From Eledone cirrhosa (lineage: Eukaryota): 64,000 nucleotides of DNA. Below the pieces are notes generated by a model, which saw nothing but the letters and a program-made list of their open reading frames with translations, was not told where the DNA came from and ran no database searches. The position numbers were made by a program, and so were the translations under genes. The number at the start of each line of letters is the position of its first letter. Position 1 is the first letter of the stretch. The stretch spans positions 186,186,001 to 186,250,000 of the forward strand of contig OZ024742.1 in the NCBI GenBank assembly GCA_964016885.1, given 5' to 3'. This document shows positions 14,063-26,917 of the stretch, in pieces.

Positions 14063-14486
14063 TAGAAAAGATGAATATAAAATGAAAGTGCTTTTATAAA
14101 GAAATTTATTAGGAATTGACATATGTTTCTGTAACAGACGGAATACCTATGTATCGCTGTTTGCGTAATCATATAATTGTTTCTACTTTAGGCACAAGGC
14201 CAGCAATTACCTAGTGCATTACTGGTACTTTATTACCCATGTATCGCTGCTTGCGTAATCATATAATGTTAGCAAGTATTCGATAGCAAATGTATAATCA
14301 GTTGTCACTTCTTCAGATATCTCTGAAGAAGTGACAACTGATTATACATTTGCTATTGAATACTTGTTAACATTATATGATTACGCAAGCAGCGATACAT
14401 AGGTATTCTGTCTGTTACAGAAACATATGTCAATACCTAATAAATTCCTTTATAAAAGCACTTTCATTTTATATTCATCTTTTCTA
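14063..14486. repeat. Fold-back inverted repeat centred at 14318-14321
   Basis: 14239-14317 pairs with 14322-14400; outer segment 14063-14176 pairs with about 14372-14486. Confidence 0.9.
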
Positions 14487-16254
14487 CATTTTCTCCGGAA
14501 TATAATTTATACTTGTTGAGCAAACCTACACGTATGCTGTTCATCTCTAACGTGACGATATATTATCACTACATTATTGATAACTTGAAATTTATATATA
14601 TATATATGTAGAAGTTATATTTAAATTGTTGGGATACAACAAGCAAATATTTTTATAACTGATATAAAGCACTCAACAAATTATTGGAGTAAAAATACGA
14701 TATATTAACAAATGGAAACTATATTTATAAATATGGTTTTATAAATATAGTTTCCATTTGTTAATATATCGTATATATACTCTTTTACCTGTTTCAGCTA
14801 TCCGGCTGAGGCCATGCTGGGGCACCGCCCTTGTATATATATATATATTTCTTATTTGCTAAACCTTGATTATATATGTATGTATGTATATATCTCTGTG
14901 AGTCTCAGTGACTTGAGATCAGCTCTCACCACCTTGCCCAGGTCTTTCTCAGTCTACTTCTACTGCGGCTTCCATCCATTGGCATTTGCTGGCACTTCTT
15001 CACCCATCAATATATATATATATACCATCATCAGCATCATCGTTTATATATATATATGAGACACGGTCACCTGACCAATCTTGCCTGAAGTGGGACAAAC
15101 CCGGCTAACCCATGCTAGTGTGGAAGATAGACATTAAATGATGATGCTGATGATGATATATATATATATTGATGGGTGAAGAAGTGCCAGCAAATCCCAA
15201 TGGATGGAAGCCGCAGTAGAAGTAGATCGAGAAAGACCTGGGCAAGGTGGTGAGAGCTGATCTCAAGTCGCTGAGACTCACAGAGATGTTGAAGAATTGT
15301 GCCGAGAAGGACCCATCCAACCAATGTAAGCGTGACAAAATGGATGTAAAAACGATGACGCTGGTGATGGTGGCAGCGACGATGACAATATATATATATA
15401 TCTTGACTCAAATTGGGACAACTCCCGTCTAACCCATGCTAGCGTGGAAGATGGACGTTAAACAAAGATGATGATGATGATGATATATATACACAAAACT
15501 GGCTTCTGATTTTGGCTGCTAAATTCCACTCACACAGCATTGGACAACCTGAGGTTATAATACAAGATATTTTCCCAAGGTGCTGGGGAGTGGAATAGAA
15601 CCCAGTACCATTCAGCCAAGCCCTGTGCCTATCATCATCATCATTTTCACATCTGTTTCTCTATGCTCACATGGCTTAGGTGAATTCTTTTCAGCACAAC
15701 GCTTCTCCACTCGTCGTGTTCCTTTGTCATCTCCTCTGAGTTTCAGCTCTCTCCATCTTTGACCAGGTCTTTCCCGGTCTACCTCTACTGGAGCTTCCTT
15801 CCACTGGTATTTCCTGGCACTTCTTCACCTAGCAATCATCATTCATGCATATCACATGTCCATACCAAGGCAGTCTTCTCTCTTGCCCACTACTTCAGAT
15901 TCGTCTTAAACTCAGTTTCTCCCTCAGTTCATCAAAGCTCAGTCTTTTTCTCACATTTACATTGAACAACCAATGAAGCATGGTTGCTTCATTTCTCATC
16001 AGCCTATGCATGTCCTCATGTTTCACCACCATGCAGCACCGTACTTTGCACAGAATTGTCATTCCTTTTGTATGTAGGGAAAAACTTTTTGTTGCCAACT
16101 GTGGGAGTAGCTCTTTAAACTTATTCTAGCTATTATGCTCTTGATGCATCCACCTCTGCAGCTAATTAGGTCACCTAGATAGTAGAAGCTATCAACCACT
16201 TCTATAGACCATTCCTAGAAAAGATATATATCTATTTATATATATATGTTTTCA

Positions 16255-16450
16255 GTATCAACATTTTTGGCAATTCCAATATGCCACTCTGTGTATGCTG
16301 AAATCCTCCTTTAAAATTAAATGTGCAGAATCTTTACTGATCTCAACCTTGTCACTGATTTCCCACGTAGTCAAGCGATGACCCTCCATTATCAACATCT
16401 GCACTTTATCAATGAAAACTGCATTGTGACTTGTTGAATTTTACAAATTG
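16255..16450 (-). mobile_element. mariner transposase remnant (HTH region)
   Basis: Minus-strand translation IDKVQMLIMEGHRLTTWEISDKVEISKDSAHLILKEDFSIHRVA resembles the mariner HTH/linker. Confidence 0.6.
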
Positions 16451-16857
16451 TAATTATTTCTGCTTTGGTAAAACTTGATGCAAAAGCATTGCTACACTCA
16501 TTCTGTCATCCAATGTGAAATGAAAATGCGATGAGTAAGTAGCACAACACTTCACTAGGGGGCTGTCTAACAGTGACTGACACATGCTGCAAGTTCATCA
16601 AAAGTCATACATGTGCATGAATATATGCAGTTCTATTCTGAACACTGTTGTCTCCATAGGAAAAAATAAAGCCAGCTATATTTTTGACAGACCAGAAAAG
16701 CAGATGTAAAAATGATGATGATGATGATTATATATGTATAATCAAGCAGGGAAAAGCGGATGTAAAATGATGATGATGATAACGATGTAGATGATGATGA
16801 TGATGATATATATATACACACACACACTCACATATGTATAATATATATATGTGTATG

Positions 16858-17200
16858 AAGGCACATAGCTCAGTGGTTAGAGCTTGGACTTGCGATCATG
16901 AGGTTGTGAGTTTGATTCTCAGACTTGGTGATGTATTGTGTCCTTGAGCAAGACACTTTATTTCACATTGCGACAATTTACTCAGCTGTAGAAATGAGTT
17001 GTGACATCACTGGTGCCAAGCTGTATCGGTCATTGCCTTTCCCTTGGACAACAACAGTGGCATGGAGAGGGGAGACTGGTATGCATGCGTGACTACTGGT
17101 CTTCTACAAACAACCTTGCCCAGGCTTATGTCTTGAAAGGGAACATTCTAGGTACAAATCCCATGGTCATTCGTGACTGAAGAGGGTCTTTATCCTTTAT
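16858..17200 (+). mobile_element. tRNA-derived SINE
   Basis: Head TAGCTCAGTGGTTAGAGC...GAGTTTGATTCTC (A and B boxes); body shared with 9785-10092 and 27126-27415. Confidence 0.8.
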
Positions 17201-17705
17201 ATGTATGTATCAAGCCTTCAGCCTATCGGCAGGCCCCGGGCCCATTTGAGAGGTCAGTATCTCCACTTCAGTACTGACCTGATCTGTGACAACCTGTCCA
17301 ACCCTTGCTAGCAGAGAAAGCGAAAGTTAAATGATGATGGTGTTGATGATGACAATGATGGTGTGTGTGTGTCCATGTCAGTGTTTACATATAGTATTTA
17401 TTTATGTCCAGTGACTTAGTGGTTCAACAAATAGAGATTGACAAAATATGTACAACACTTGAAAAAGTACTGGGGGTCGATGTAATTGACTAAATCCCTT
17501 CAAGTTGGTGCCCCAGTATGGCCACAGTCGAACAACTGAAACCAGTAAAAGAATAAAAGAATACATATAAAAATCTACAGAAATTCATGCAAATACACAT
17601 AAAAAGAGAAGTGTATACAGTATACTATGGAGGAAATCCTTTCCAGTTATCAATCATAGAGAGAGAGAGAGAGAGAAGAGAAATAGAGAGACAAATAGAT
17701 AGATA

Positions 17706-19037
17706 GTCTCTCCGAGCACGTCGTCGCCCTTGTAACGTACAATCCCTCTATAGAATGTCGAAGTGGAGTCTCCACTGATTGCTGCGCCCGCTTGCCAGAG
17801 AACTGTGAGCGCCTGAGTGCATTCAATATGCCAGGCACCCATCGTTTTCGGTCTTTCCTTGACCCAGGACTGCAGCTCCGTCAGCGAGACGAGCTGTAGG
17901 AAAGCCTGTCTCACAAATGGTGCCCACAGCAGTTGTTCCCGCATAGTTCCACAGGTTGGTTACGCCCGGGCAGTGTACAATTGCGTGCAGGACTGTTTCA
18001 ATGTCCTGCGCGCATCTTGGACACGTCCTCTTGGAAGGATCCCTGCCGGGGTGTCCGTGCCTGTAGATCTTGTCAGGAACCGGTAGAGCTCCTCGGTAGC
18101 ACTGCCAGGCCAGAGACCTCTGGAAGTTGCCCAGAGGTCCCGGGTGGAAAGTCCTACCAAACAGACTGGTGAGTTCATCGTCTTTGACGCCCAGAGTCTC
18201 TCCGAGCACGTCGTCGCCCTTGTAACGTACAATCCCTCTATAGAATGTCGAAGTGGAGTCTCCACTGATTGCTGCACCCGCTTGCCAGAGGACTGTGAGC
18301 GCCTGAGCGCATTCAATGTGCCAGGCACCCATCGTTTTCGGTCTTTTCTTGACCCAGGACTGCAGCTCCGTCAGCGAGATGAGCTGTGGGAAAGCCTGTC
18401 TCACAAACGGTGCCCACACCGGTTGGGGGTCGGTGAGGAATACCTGGAGATGCCGCAGCCTCAGCGCATGTTTGCGCATCATCAGCCACGGCATTCCCAG
18501 CCCTCCGTTGGAAGGGTGCTGACAGCAGACAGATCTCCTCACCAGCGGAGCCTGCTTCTTCCACAGAAACTGGAAGAACATGCGTTCCATCTTGGCGAGG
18601 TGTTCACGGGGACAAGGCACGACAGTGAAGCGGTAGTAGATGACGGACGCTATGAAAGTGTTCGTCACCTCCGCTCGACCTTTCAAGGACAGTTTGCACT
18701 CTGTCCACTTCTGGGTGAGCGCAAACACCTTGGCCCATGACCTCGTTCCAGTTTTTCTCCACCTGGAGGTCTGGACCGAACCAGACCCCGAGCAATTTCA
18801 CCGATCCGTCCGTCCAGCATCCAACGACGCTGTCGAACGTCATCGGTTTGCTTTTCCACGTACTGAGTTGCAAACCAGCAGACTTGTCTGGCTTTAGTTT
18901 GCTCCCGTCAGCGTTTCGTATTCTTTCAGTAAGTTGCCGCTCACCCTGATTTCTGAGGTGCTCGACACCATTACCGCGACGTTGTCGGCATAAGCCGACG
19001 CCGCTTTGCGCTGTCCCGGTTCTAGAGGGATGCCCTG
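17706..19037 (-). mobile_element. Tx1/L1-type LINE ORF2 fragment (diverged subfamily), rearranged
   Basis: ORF 17823-18728 is homologous to the C-terminal half of ORF 48947-51241 (YADN, CPRC...H...C). 17706-17930 repeats about 18196-18420. Confidence 0.88.
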
Positions 19038-19038
19038 A

Positions 19039-19073
<35 letters not shown>

Positions 19074-19142
19074 AGAGAAATAGAGAGACAAATAGATAGA
19101 TAGAAAGAGAAAGATAGATAGATAGATAGAGAAAGATAGATA

Positions 19143-22100
19143 TGTTTCTTTATTAGCCACAGGAGCACAAAAGAAGGGGACAAATACAAAGGGGGAAGTT
19201 TACATACAATAAAAACGTGTAAAATACTATCACAAATGCAATTTAAAAATTAATCGATTTTTCCCCCAATAGGGGGAGACATTACATATGCTGGGGTACA
19301 GCACCTCTCTATCCATCCTGATTCTTCTTCCAAAGTGGTATTTGAAAAAAAGAATCAGTTCTTGGCCGGAGAGAAAGGTGTCTGACCTCAGCCCTTTCAA
19401 CCTTGTCCACCATACCTCTTTCGCCATAGCTATCACACAAAGGAAAACCGCCTCTCCTTCGTTTTTGAAGGAGGGTGGTGGTTTGATCATGACAATGGAC
19501 TCGGTGGTCAACTGGATTGGTCCCACCCGCGACAATAGTCGTTCCACATAGCCCCACAGGTCGGTGATGCCCGGGCAGTGTATGAATGCGTGCGCGACGG
19601 TTTCTTCATCTCGTATGCACCTCGGACAGATCTTTTTTGCAGGGTCCCTGCCCAGGCGACCATGTCTGTAGAGCTTGTCTCGAACTGGTAGAGCTCCTCG
19701 GTAGCATTGCCAGGCCAGGGACTTTTGGAAGTTGTCCATCGGTCCCGGGCGGATGGTCCTACCGAACAGACTGGCCAGTTCGTCTTCCTCTACGCCCAGA
19801 GTTTCACCGAGCATGTCGTCGCACTTTCTGCGGATCAACCCTCTATAGAATGACGAAGTGGAGTCTCCACTGATCGCCGGGTCCGCCTGCCAGAGGGCTG
19901 TGAGCGCCTGAGCACATTCGATGTGCCAGTCGCCCATTTTCCTCGGTCTTTGCTTGACCCAGGACTGCAGCTCGGTCAGCGAGACGAGTCGTGGGAAGGC
20001 TCACCTCACGAACGGGGCCCACACCGGTTGTCCGGGGAGGAATACGTAGAGATGCCGCAGCCTGAGCGCGTGTTTGCTCATCGTTAGCCACGGCATCCCC
20101 AGCCCTCGTTGGATGGGCGTTGGCAGCAGATGGATCTTCTCACCAAAGGAGCCCGCCTCTTCCAAAGGAATTGGAAGAGCGCGCGCTCCATTTTGGCGAG
20201 CGTTTTGGCTGGACAAGGCACGACGGTCAAGCGGTAGTAGATGGCGGACACTATAAAAGTGTTCGCCACCTCTGCTCGACCTTTCAAGGATAGTTTGCAC
20301 TCGGCCCACTTCTGGGTGAGTGCAAACACCTTGGCCGACACCTCGTTCCAGTTCTTCTCCACCTGGAGGTCCGGACCAAACCAGACCCTGAGCAGCTTTA
20401 CTGGTCCTTCCGTTCAGCGTCCGATGACGCCATCGGAAGGCATCGGTTTGCCTCTCCACGATCCAAGTTGCAAACCGATGGACTTGTCCCGGTTCAGCTT
20501 TAACCTTTCGTATTCCTTCAGTAAGGTGCCGACTTCCTCGATTTGCGAGGCGCTCGACACCATTACCGCAGTCCCAGTTCCAGAGGCATGCCCTGCAATA
20601 GCTCCAACTTCCGCAGTAGTGGCTCGAGAGTCAATACGTACAGAAGGGAGGGGAGAGGGCATCCCTGTCGAATGGATCGCGTGATATGGAACGGCTCCGA
20701 GAGCTAGCCATTCACCTTAACCCTTGAGCAGATGTTGCTGTTATGCATCGCAGCAATCCAGCCCCTGAACACGGGTCCGAAGCCTGCCGCCTCGAGTACT
20801 GCATCTAGGTAACGATGGTCAACCCTATTGAGAGCCTTAGACTGATCCAAGTTGATCAGGGCCCCACCAAAGCCGGGTTTACACCCTACCCTCTCTATGA
20901 TAAATCGCATGAGGTGGAGGTTGTCGTGTATGGACCTGGTCGGGATTGCGCATGTCTGCGCTTCTCCCACCAGGTTCTCAAGACAAATGCCAGCCTCTTT
21001 GCCAACACCTTGACCAAAATCTGTAACTCTGTGTTTAGCAGAGTTATGGGCCGGAAGTTGCCTATGTCATCCCCCTTATTCTCGTCCTTCCTGACTAGTG
21101 TGACTACGCCCCTGGTCACAGAACTGGCATTGCTACGTAAAATTCGTAGGGTAGACCGTCGAGACCTGGAGATTTGCGTTTGCCGCATTGGCTCAACGCG
21201 TCCCCTATCTCAGCGGCTGAAATCGGCTTTTCGCAGAATTTTGCCTCGCTGTCCGAGAGTCGCGGTGGGCCGTTGAGGTATGGACCAAAATCCATAGCCC
21301 CTCCCGGCGCGCCGCCCTGCCCGAACAGCTGAGCAAAGTGCCGCTGAAAGGCCGCACACATCTGCTTCGGCTCACGTATCAAGCGTCCGATTTGGTCCTT
21401 CAAAGACCGAATCGTGGACTTGTTGCCACTTTTTGCCTCCGTCACTCAGGCCCAGCTAACAGCTTTGGCTCCCTCGTTTCCCAGAGCACGTATTTTGCTG
21501 CTGACAACGCAGCCCTCATGCTTTGTGTCAAAGAACTGGTCCAAGGCCGTTGTCATTGATAGCACGCTGGCTACATTGCCACTTCTAATTGCCTCTTCTA
21601 CTTTATCTACCAGTTCTTTCTCGGTTCTATTTCTAGCTAACGCTAATTCTTTACTAAAAACTAACAAGTCTAATCTAACTGCCCGCTTGAGAGAGTACCA
21701 CCATCTGTTGTTGACAATGGCCCCTGTCAAGTGCTGTTTAACTAAAGTGCTAATCCATCTACTGTAAGCTTTGCATGTCGGTAACGACAAGTTCAGCTTC
21801 CAGTAGCTGGGTCCTTGTTTATGGGTTCTATCAAGGTTGACCATGCAGGTCACTAGTTTGTGATCTGAATAGGCAACCATGAACATTTGTGGACAGCTTA
21901 ACATGTCCCTATCCTTATTTCTAACTAGAATCCTATCTAGGTACGATCTAGATGTTCCGCTGAAATTAGTCCACGTCCACAGTGGCACAGTCGGAAACAC
22001 TAGTCGATATCTATCAGCCAGGTCAAATCGGCCGATAAACTGTTTGAGGATGTTACACCTCCCTTTATTGGGACATGCTCCCACATAGTCCCAACGTGCA

Positions 22101-22398
22101 TCTAGGATTCCATTCCAGTCCCCCACTAAAAGCAAGGAGCGGGATGTTCCCAGAAAAGTCTCTAGACGTTTGAAGAAGTCTGGCCGCGGTGTCCCGGATG
22201 GGGCATATGCGGCCACCAGCCTGAAGGCTCCACCTTCACTACCGTCAATGTCTAGGACCACCAGTCGACCCTCCGGGTCCAGATGTACCGTCTGTGTTAC
22301 GAGGCCCAGGTGTTTCCGCAGCAAAACGGCAAGCCCCGCCCCCACCCCCCGGCTGACAGAGAGATGTGTAGATCTCAAAGTCATCGAAGATGGGGTAG
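19143..22398 (-). mobile_element. Tx1/L1-type LINE, 5'-truncated with internal deletions
   Basis: Colinear with about 47957-51480: endonuclease (VGDWN, SYLDR, SDH), RT, 3' UTR with AATAAA. Flanked by (GA)/(GATA)n. Confidence 0.92.
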
Positions 22399-23935
22399 AT
22401 AGATAGATAGAGAAAAATAGATAGATATATCAGGAAACACCTGGGCCTCGTAACACAGATGGTACATCTGGACCCGGAGGGTCGACTGGTGGTCCTAGAC
22501 GTTGACGGTAGTGAAGGTGGAGCCTTCAGGCTGGTGGCCGCATATGCCCCATCCGGGACACCGCGGCCAGACTTCTTCAAACGTCTAGAGACTTTTCTGA
22601 TAGATAGATAGAGAGAGAGAGAAAGATAGATAGACAGAGAGAGAGAGAGAGAGAGAGAGAAAGATAGATAGATAGAGAGAGAGAGAAAGATAGATAGATA
22701 GAGAGAGAGAATTTGGTTAAGTTTACTGCCATTTTCTATTCAATGTCTCACAGCAGAAAAAGTCTTGGAGAATTTCCAATCAACTTTCATTCCGTTCTTT
22801 TTTATTTTATCACTTTATTGTTATTATTATTATTATTGATATTATGATTATTATTAACATCACCATCACTATTCCTCACCCATTGCTGTAAGCCATTGTT
22901 TTGTCACTTCAATGTAATGAGATCTAAATTACTTCAAAACTAAAAAGAAAAAAAATATTCTTTTTTCTTTCTTTCTCTTTGTTTTTTAAATATATTCTGA
23001 TAAAATCAAACTGAGTAGAATTTCGCTGGAGAGCAGAATAAGAGAATGTCTGAATAATTTATATCCATTTATTTGCTAAAGTTGCTTATGCAATTTAAAA
23101 CAACAACAGCAAAAAAGAAAATAACCCACCAACAAACAACAACTTTATTTTACATAATATTTTTTCCATGCAATAATTGGTTGGTAGGATGGTGCTGCAA
23201 ATTTTCAATGTTTGGCATAAACTGTTTGAAAAGGTGTTGTTTTCAGTCATAGAGCAGCTCGGAACAACTAGGTGAAACATTCTAGTAATATCTGCTTTCT
23301 TCAGCTGACATATATACAGTGTTATTATATCACATAATATAAAACATTACATGAATATATTACATAATATAACATACACATATATATTATATAATATATC
23401 ACATATACATTACATAATATAAGGTATCATATTTATTTTTCATTTCATGTCTGTTTGCAAGGGTGGGTATCATATTATATAATAAATCACATATACATTA
23501 TATAATATATCACATATTTATGTATAAATTAGAGCAATTTCCATCCATCACATAATGTCTGTGCATGTGTGTAAAAGCAAGGAAGAGAATGGTGAAAAAA
23601 CTATAGAAAAACAGCTGCTGGCGTTCCATTTGCTACGTTGTGTGTGAGTGTATGTGTATGCCTGTGTGAATGTATGTGTGTCTTTATGTGAATGTATGTG
23701 TATTTGTGTGAATGCATGTCTGTGAGTGTGTATTTTTGTGTGTCTGTGGTTGTTGCGCGTTTATATGTATATACTCATCATCATCATCGTTTAACGTCCA
23801 TCTTCCACACTAGCATGGGTCAGATGGATTTGTCCCATTTGAGGCAAGTTGGGTTGGGTGGCCATGTCTCGCTTGTATAGGACTGTTTCTGGCTGTTTTT
23901 TTACAGCTGGATGCCCTTCCTAATGCCAACCACAT

Positions 23936-24143
23936 TTACAGTATGTGCTGGGTGCTTTTTGCCATGTCTCCTACATGACCACTTTACAGCATGGACTGGG
24001 TGCTTTTTGTCGTGACACCTACATGGCCACCTTACAGTGTGGACTTGGTGCTTTTTGTCGTGACACCTACACGGCCACCTTACAGCGTGGACTGGGTGCT
24101 TTTTGTCATGACACCTACACGGCCACCTTACAGTGTGGACTGG
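23936..24143. repeat. 48-bp tandem repeat (about 4.3 copies) from an RTE 3' UTR unit
   Basis: Unit TTACAGTGTGGACTGGGTGCTTTTTGTCGTGACACCTACACGGCCACC. Confidence 0.88.
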
Positions 24144-25118
24144 ATACATATAAATGTATGCACACACACATATACACATACGTGTCAGCGTGTTGAACAA
24201 ATTCTAGTATTATATAATATAATGTATCACATTTACATTACACAATATAACATATCACATACATATTATATAATAGATCTTCTGTCACTTTTGATGATGA
24301 ACATTCAGTTGTTTGATCAGTTGAATGTTCCAACTCATAAATTAACATGTAAGTGGTAGAGTATTCCACAGATATCTGTTCCCTTAATGTAATTCTCAGG
24401 CAGAATCAACATGATACAATATGTGACAAGGCTGGATCTTGTGGGCTTCCAAACAGTTTCTGTCTACCCAATTTCACTCTCAAGCCTTGTGTAGACCTAC
24501 TAATAATGATTCTGCCAGTCCACTACCCTAGACTGGTAATTTATTCATTGACCCTTGGAGGTAAAAGAAGAAGCTAACTTCAGCAGCGTTTGATGTCAAA
24601 ACACTGAATACATTTCATCCAAAACTCTAGTTAGTTAGGTTGGCCAGGATACTTATGTCCTTTTTCCACACCTCTTTTCCCACCCTTGCCATCTTCAATT
24701 CCAGGATAGATTCCAGACCAGTATCATGCTTCAGGTTGTCAAATAATGACATGATGTCCACCACAGATTTATGTCCATCATTGGCATCTTCAGTTCCTGG
24801 TTAGATTCCAGGCCAGTATCCTGCTTCAGGTTGTCAATGTATGTGACATAATGTCCACCACAGCATTCTACTCCCTGCTGTGATTCCGACAGAATCAGCT
24901 TTAACACTTTCTCTTCTGGATCTCCTATATAATGTCATGAGATACTGTTGGCATTCTCTAATTTTCTCACATACTTGGGAGGGGTGGTGGAGGTTTCCAT
25001 ACAAATATTCATTAGTCTTGTACTGCAAACACCACATTAAATGAATATTTTGTTGAAATGATAATTAACTCTTTTCATACCAAACCACTCCTGCTTTAAC
25101 AGTACAAAGCTGCTTATC

Positions 25119-25332
25119 TTAACCCTTTAGCATTTAAACCAGCTGTATCCACCAGAATTCCCTCACCTCTTTCTGTTCAAACTGGCTGTAATTGGCCACT
25201 CATACTTATGTTAAGGTATTGTTTTCAAAATGTATAATATCAAAATCTCATAGATTTGATATTATGTGAGATAAAGGGTTACCTTGAAAATACAATAGTA
25301 AATATAGTGTAATGTAAATACTAAAGGCTTAA
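25119..25332. mobile_element. piggyBac-like MITE
   Basis: TTAA|CCCTTTAGCATTTA ... TAAATACTAAAGGC|TTAA. Confidence 0.65.
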
Positions 25333-25520
25333 AGTGTTTATATTTATCTAAAAACCTTTGATAATTTAATGCAAAAACCTTTAAGTTTTGCTTCAAACAG
25401 CAAATAAATAACAAGAAAGTTAGTTATATTACTAAACACTTCCAAATTCTTGATTATTTTCTGAATAATATCAAAATGATAAGCAGAGGTAAGGGTTAAA
25501 ACAAGTTCAATAGCACTTAC

Positions 25521-25605
25521 CAATAATTGTTTGCCATCTTCATTAAGTAAGACACTCTCCAAGGTCTGTTGTGTGTAAACCCCTTCGTCCAGCTCCTCCA
25601 GAAAT
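25521..25605 (-). CDS. WASHC5: WASHC5 third coding exon (85 nt)
   Basis: (R)[38 protein letters not shown] acceptor, GTAAGT donor, phases 2/0. The preceding intron 25606-58089 is about 32.5 kb. Confidence 0.95.
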
Positions 25606-26239
25606 CTGAGGAGAACAACAGGAGACCCGTTCTTTGAGAAACAATTGTTTTTATTATTTAAAAAATACATATATTTCCATCGTTATATAACTTTTGTTCA
25701 ATAAAGACAGAAATATAGCCATATCTCAATTACCATTCCTTCTTGAATGGTGTTGGTAATAACAGAATGGGTCAGTTTATAAAATAGATGTAAAAGAATT
25801 TTACATCTAATTTTAACCAGGAATTTTACATCAAATTTTAACCAGGATCAACATTACATCTATTGTACTATATATAGTTTTTTAGGATTATTATTACTAC
25901 CCCCGCTCACTGTTTAATGTCTATTTTCCATGCTTTCTTGTGTTAGATGGGTTGTCATGTGCTGAGGCTGGACAAGTCCGGTGACCATGTCTTGCTCATA
26001 TGGTCCATTTTTGGTTTGGTTTCTATGGTTGGATGCCTTTCCTGGTGCCAACCACTTTACAACATTTACCAGGAGCCTGTTTTATATAGCTGGATGCTGT
26101 TTCTGACACCTACCACTTTACAGCGTGGGTTGGGTGCATTTTTATTATGGCATCATCACTGGGGTGGCATCGTTAGTGTGTATGATACTGCCAAGGGAAA
26201 GAAAGTGTTGGGTCATAGGAGTGGCCTTGATATATATAT

Positions 26240-26571
26240 GGAGGCACATGGCTTAGTGGTTAGAGCATTGGCCTTGCAATCGAAACGTTGTGAGTTCAAT
26301 TCTCAGACCGGGTGATGTGTTGTTTCCTTGAGCAAGACACTTTATTTCACATTGCTCCAGTTTACTCAGCTGTAGAAATGAGATGATAGGGACTGGGGTC
26401 CCTATCATTCCACTGCAAAGTGGTCGTGGAGGTGCCATGGAAAAAAAGCACCCAGCACTCACTGTAAATGAGGTTGGTGTTAGGAAGGACATCCAGCTGT
26501 AGAAATCAAGCCAGAATCAGTTCCCGTCCCACCCTTGCAAGCAGGGAAAAGCGGACGTATGATGATGATGA
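26240..26571 (+). mobile_element. tRNA-headed SINE with RTE-derived 3' tail
   Basis: TGGCTTAGTGGTTAGAGC...GAGTTCAATTC head; tail shared with the RTE 3' UTR (29630-29720); near-identical to 45022-45368. Confidence 0.85.
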
Positions 26572-26718
26572 TATAGAATAAGGTTCTGCACAGTTTCATC
26601 TTCCTTCATGAGGTAATGTTCATAGCAGAAGTCACATGTAAAAGGTAGCACACAATGAGATTGAACCATAAATCATGTGGTTGCAAAGTGAACTTTTTAA
26701 CTACATACCCGAGCTTGT

Positions 26719-26796
<78 letters not shown>

Positions 26797-26881
26797 AAAG
26801 GTAAACAGAAATAACACAACACATCGGTACAGTATATGGAAGGGATATATTAGGTTAACGCTTGATATAGCAGGAAGAGGG

Positions 26882-26917
26882 TCTTAACGTTTCGGACGCT
26901 AGTCCTTCATCAGAAGA
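26882..26917 (-). ncRNA. Minimal type I hammerhead ribozyme, family B
   Basis: UCUU-CUGAUGA-a GGAC uagc GUCC-GAA-ACGU-U-AAGA. Degenerate family copies at about 4481-4516 (+), 13894-13930 (+), 34558-34594 (-). Confidence 0.75.

Noticed and set aside
16858-16935. tRNA genes (also at 26240 and 45022)
   Set aside because: tRNA-like heads continue into SINE bodies and tails, with imperfect cloverleaves.
19143-22398. Internal deletions in the Tx1 copy as spliced-out introns (one removes YADD)
   Set aside because: Junctions show 1-2 nt microhomology rather than GT-AG boundaries.
24688-24863. About 80-bp diverged direct repeat pair
   Set aside because: Two copies only, with no structure or coding signal; ordinary local duplication.
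25415-25500. Same motif (GAAAATAATCAAGAATTT) about 60 nt downstream of the donors of exons 2 and 3
   Set aside because: It is part of a dispersed TTAACCCTT-ended repeat also present at about 62375-62475 and 61030-61120; position is probably coincidental.
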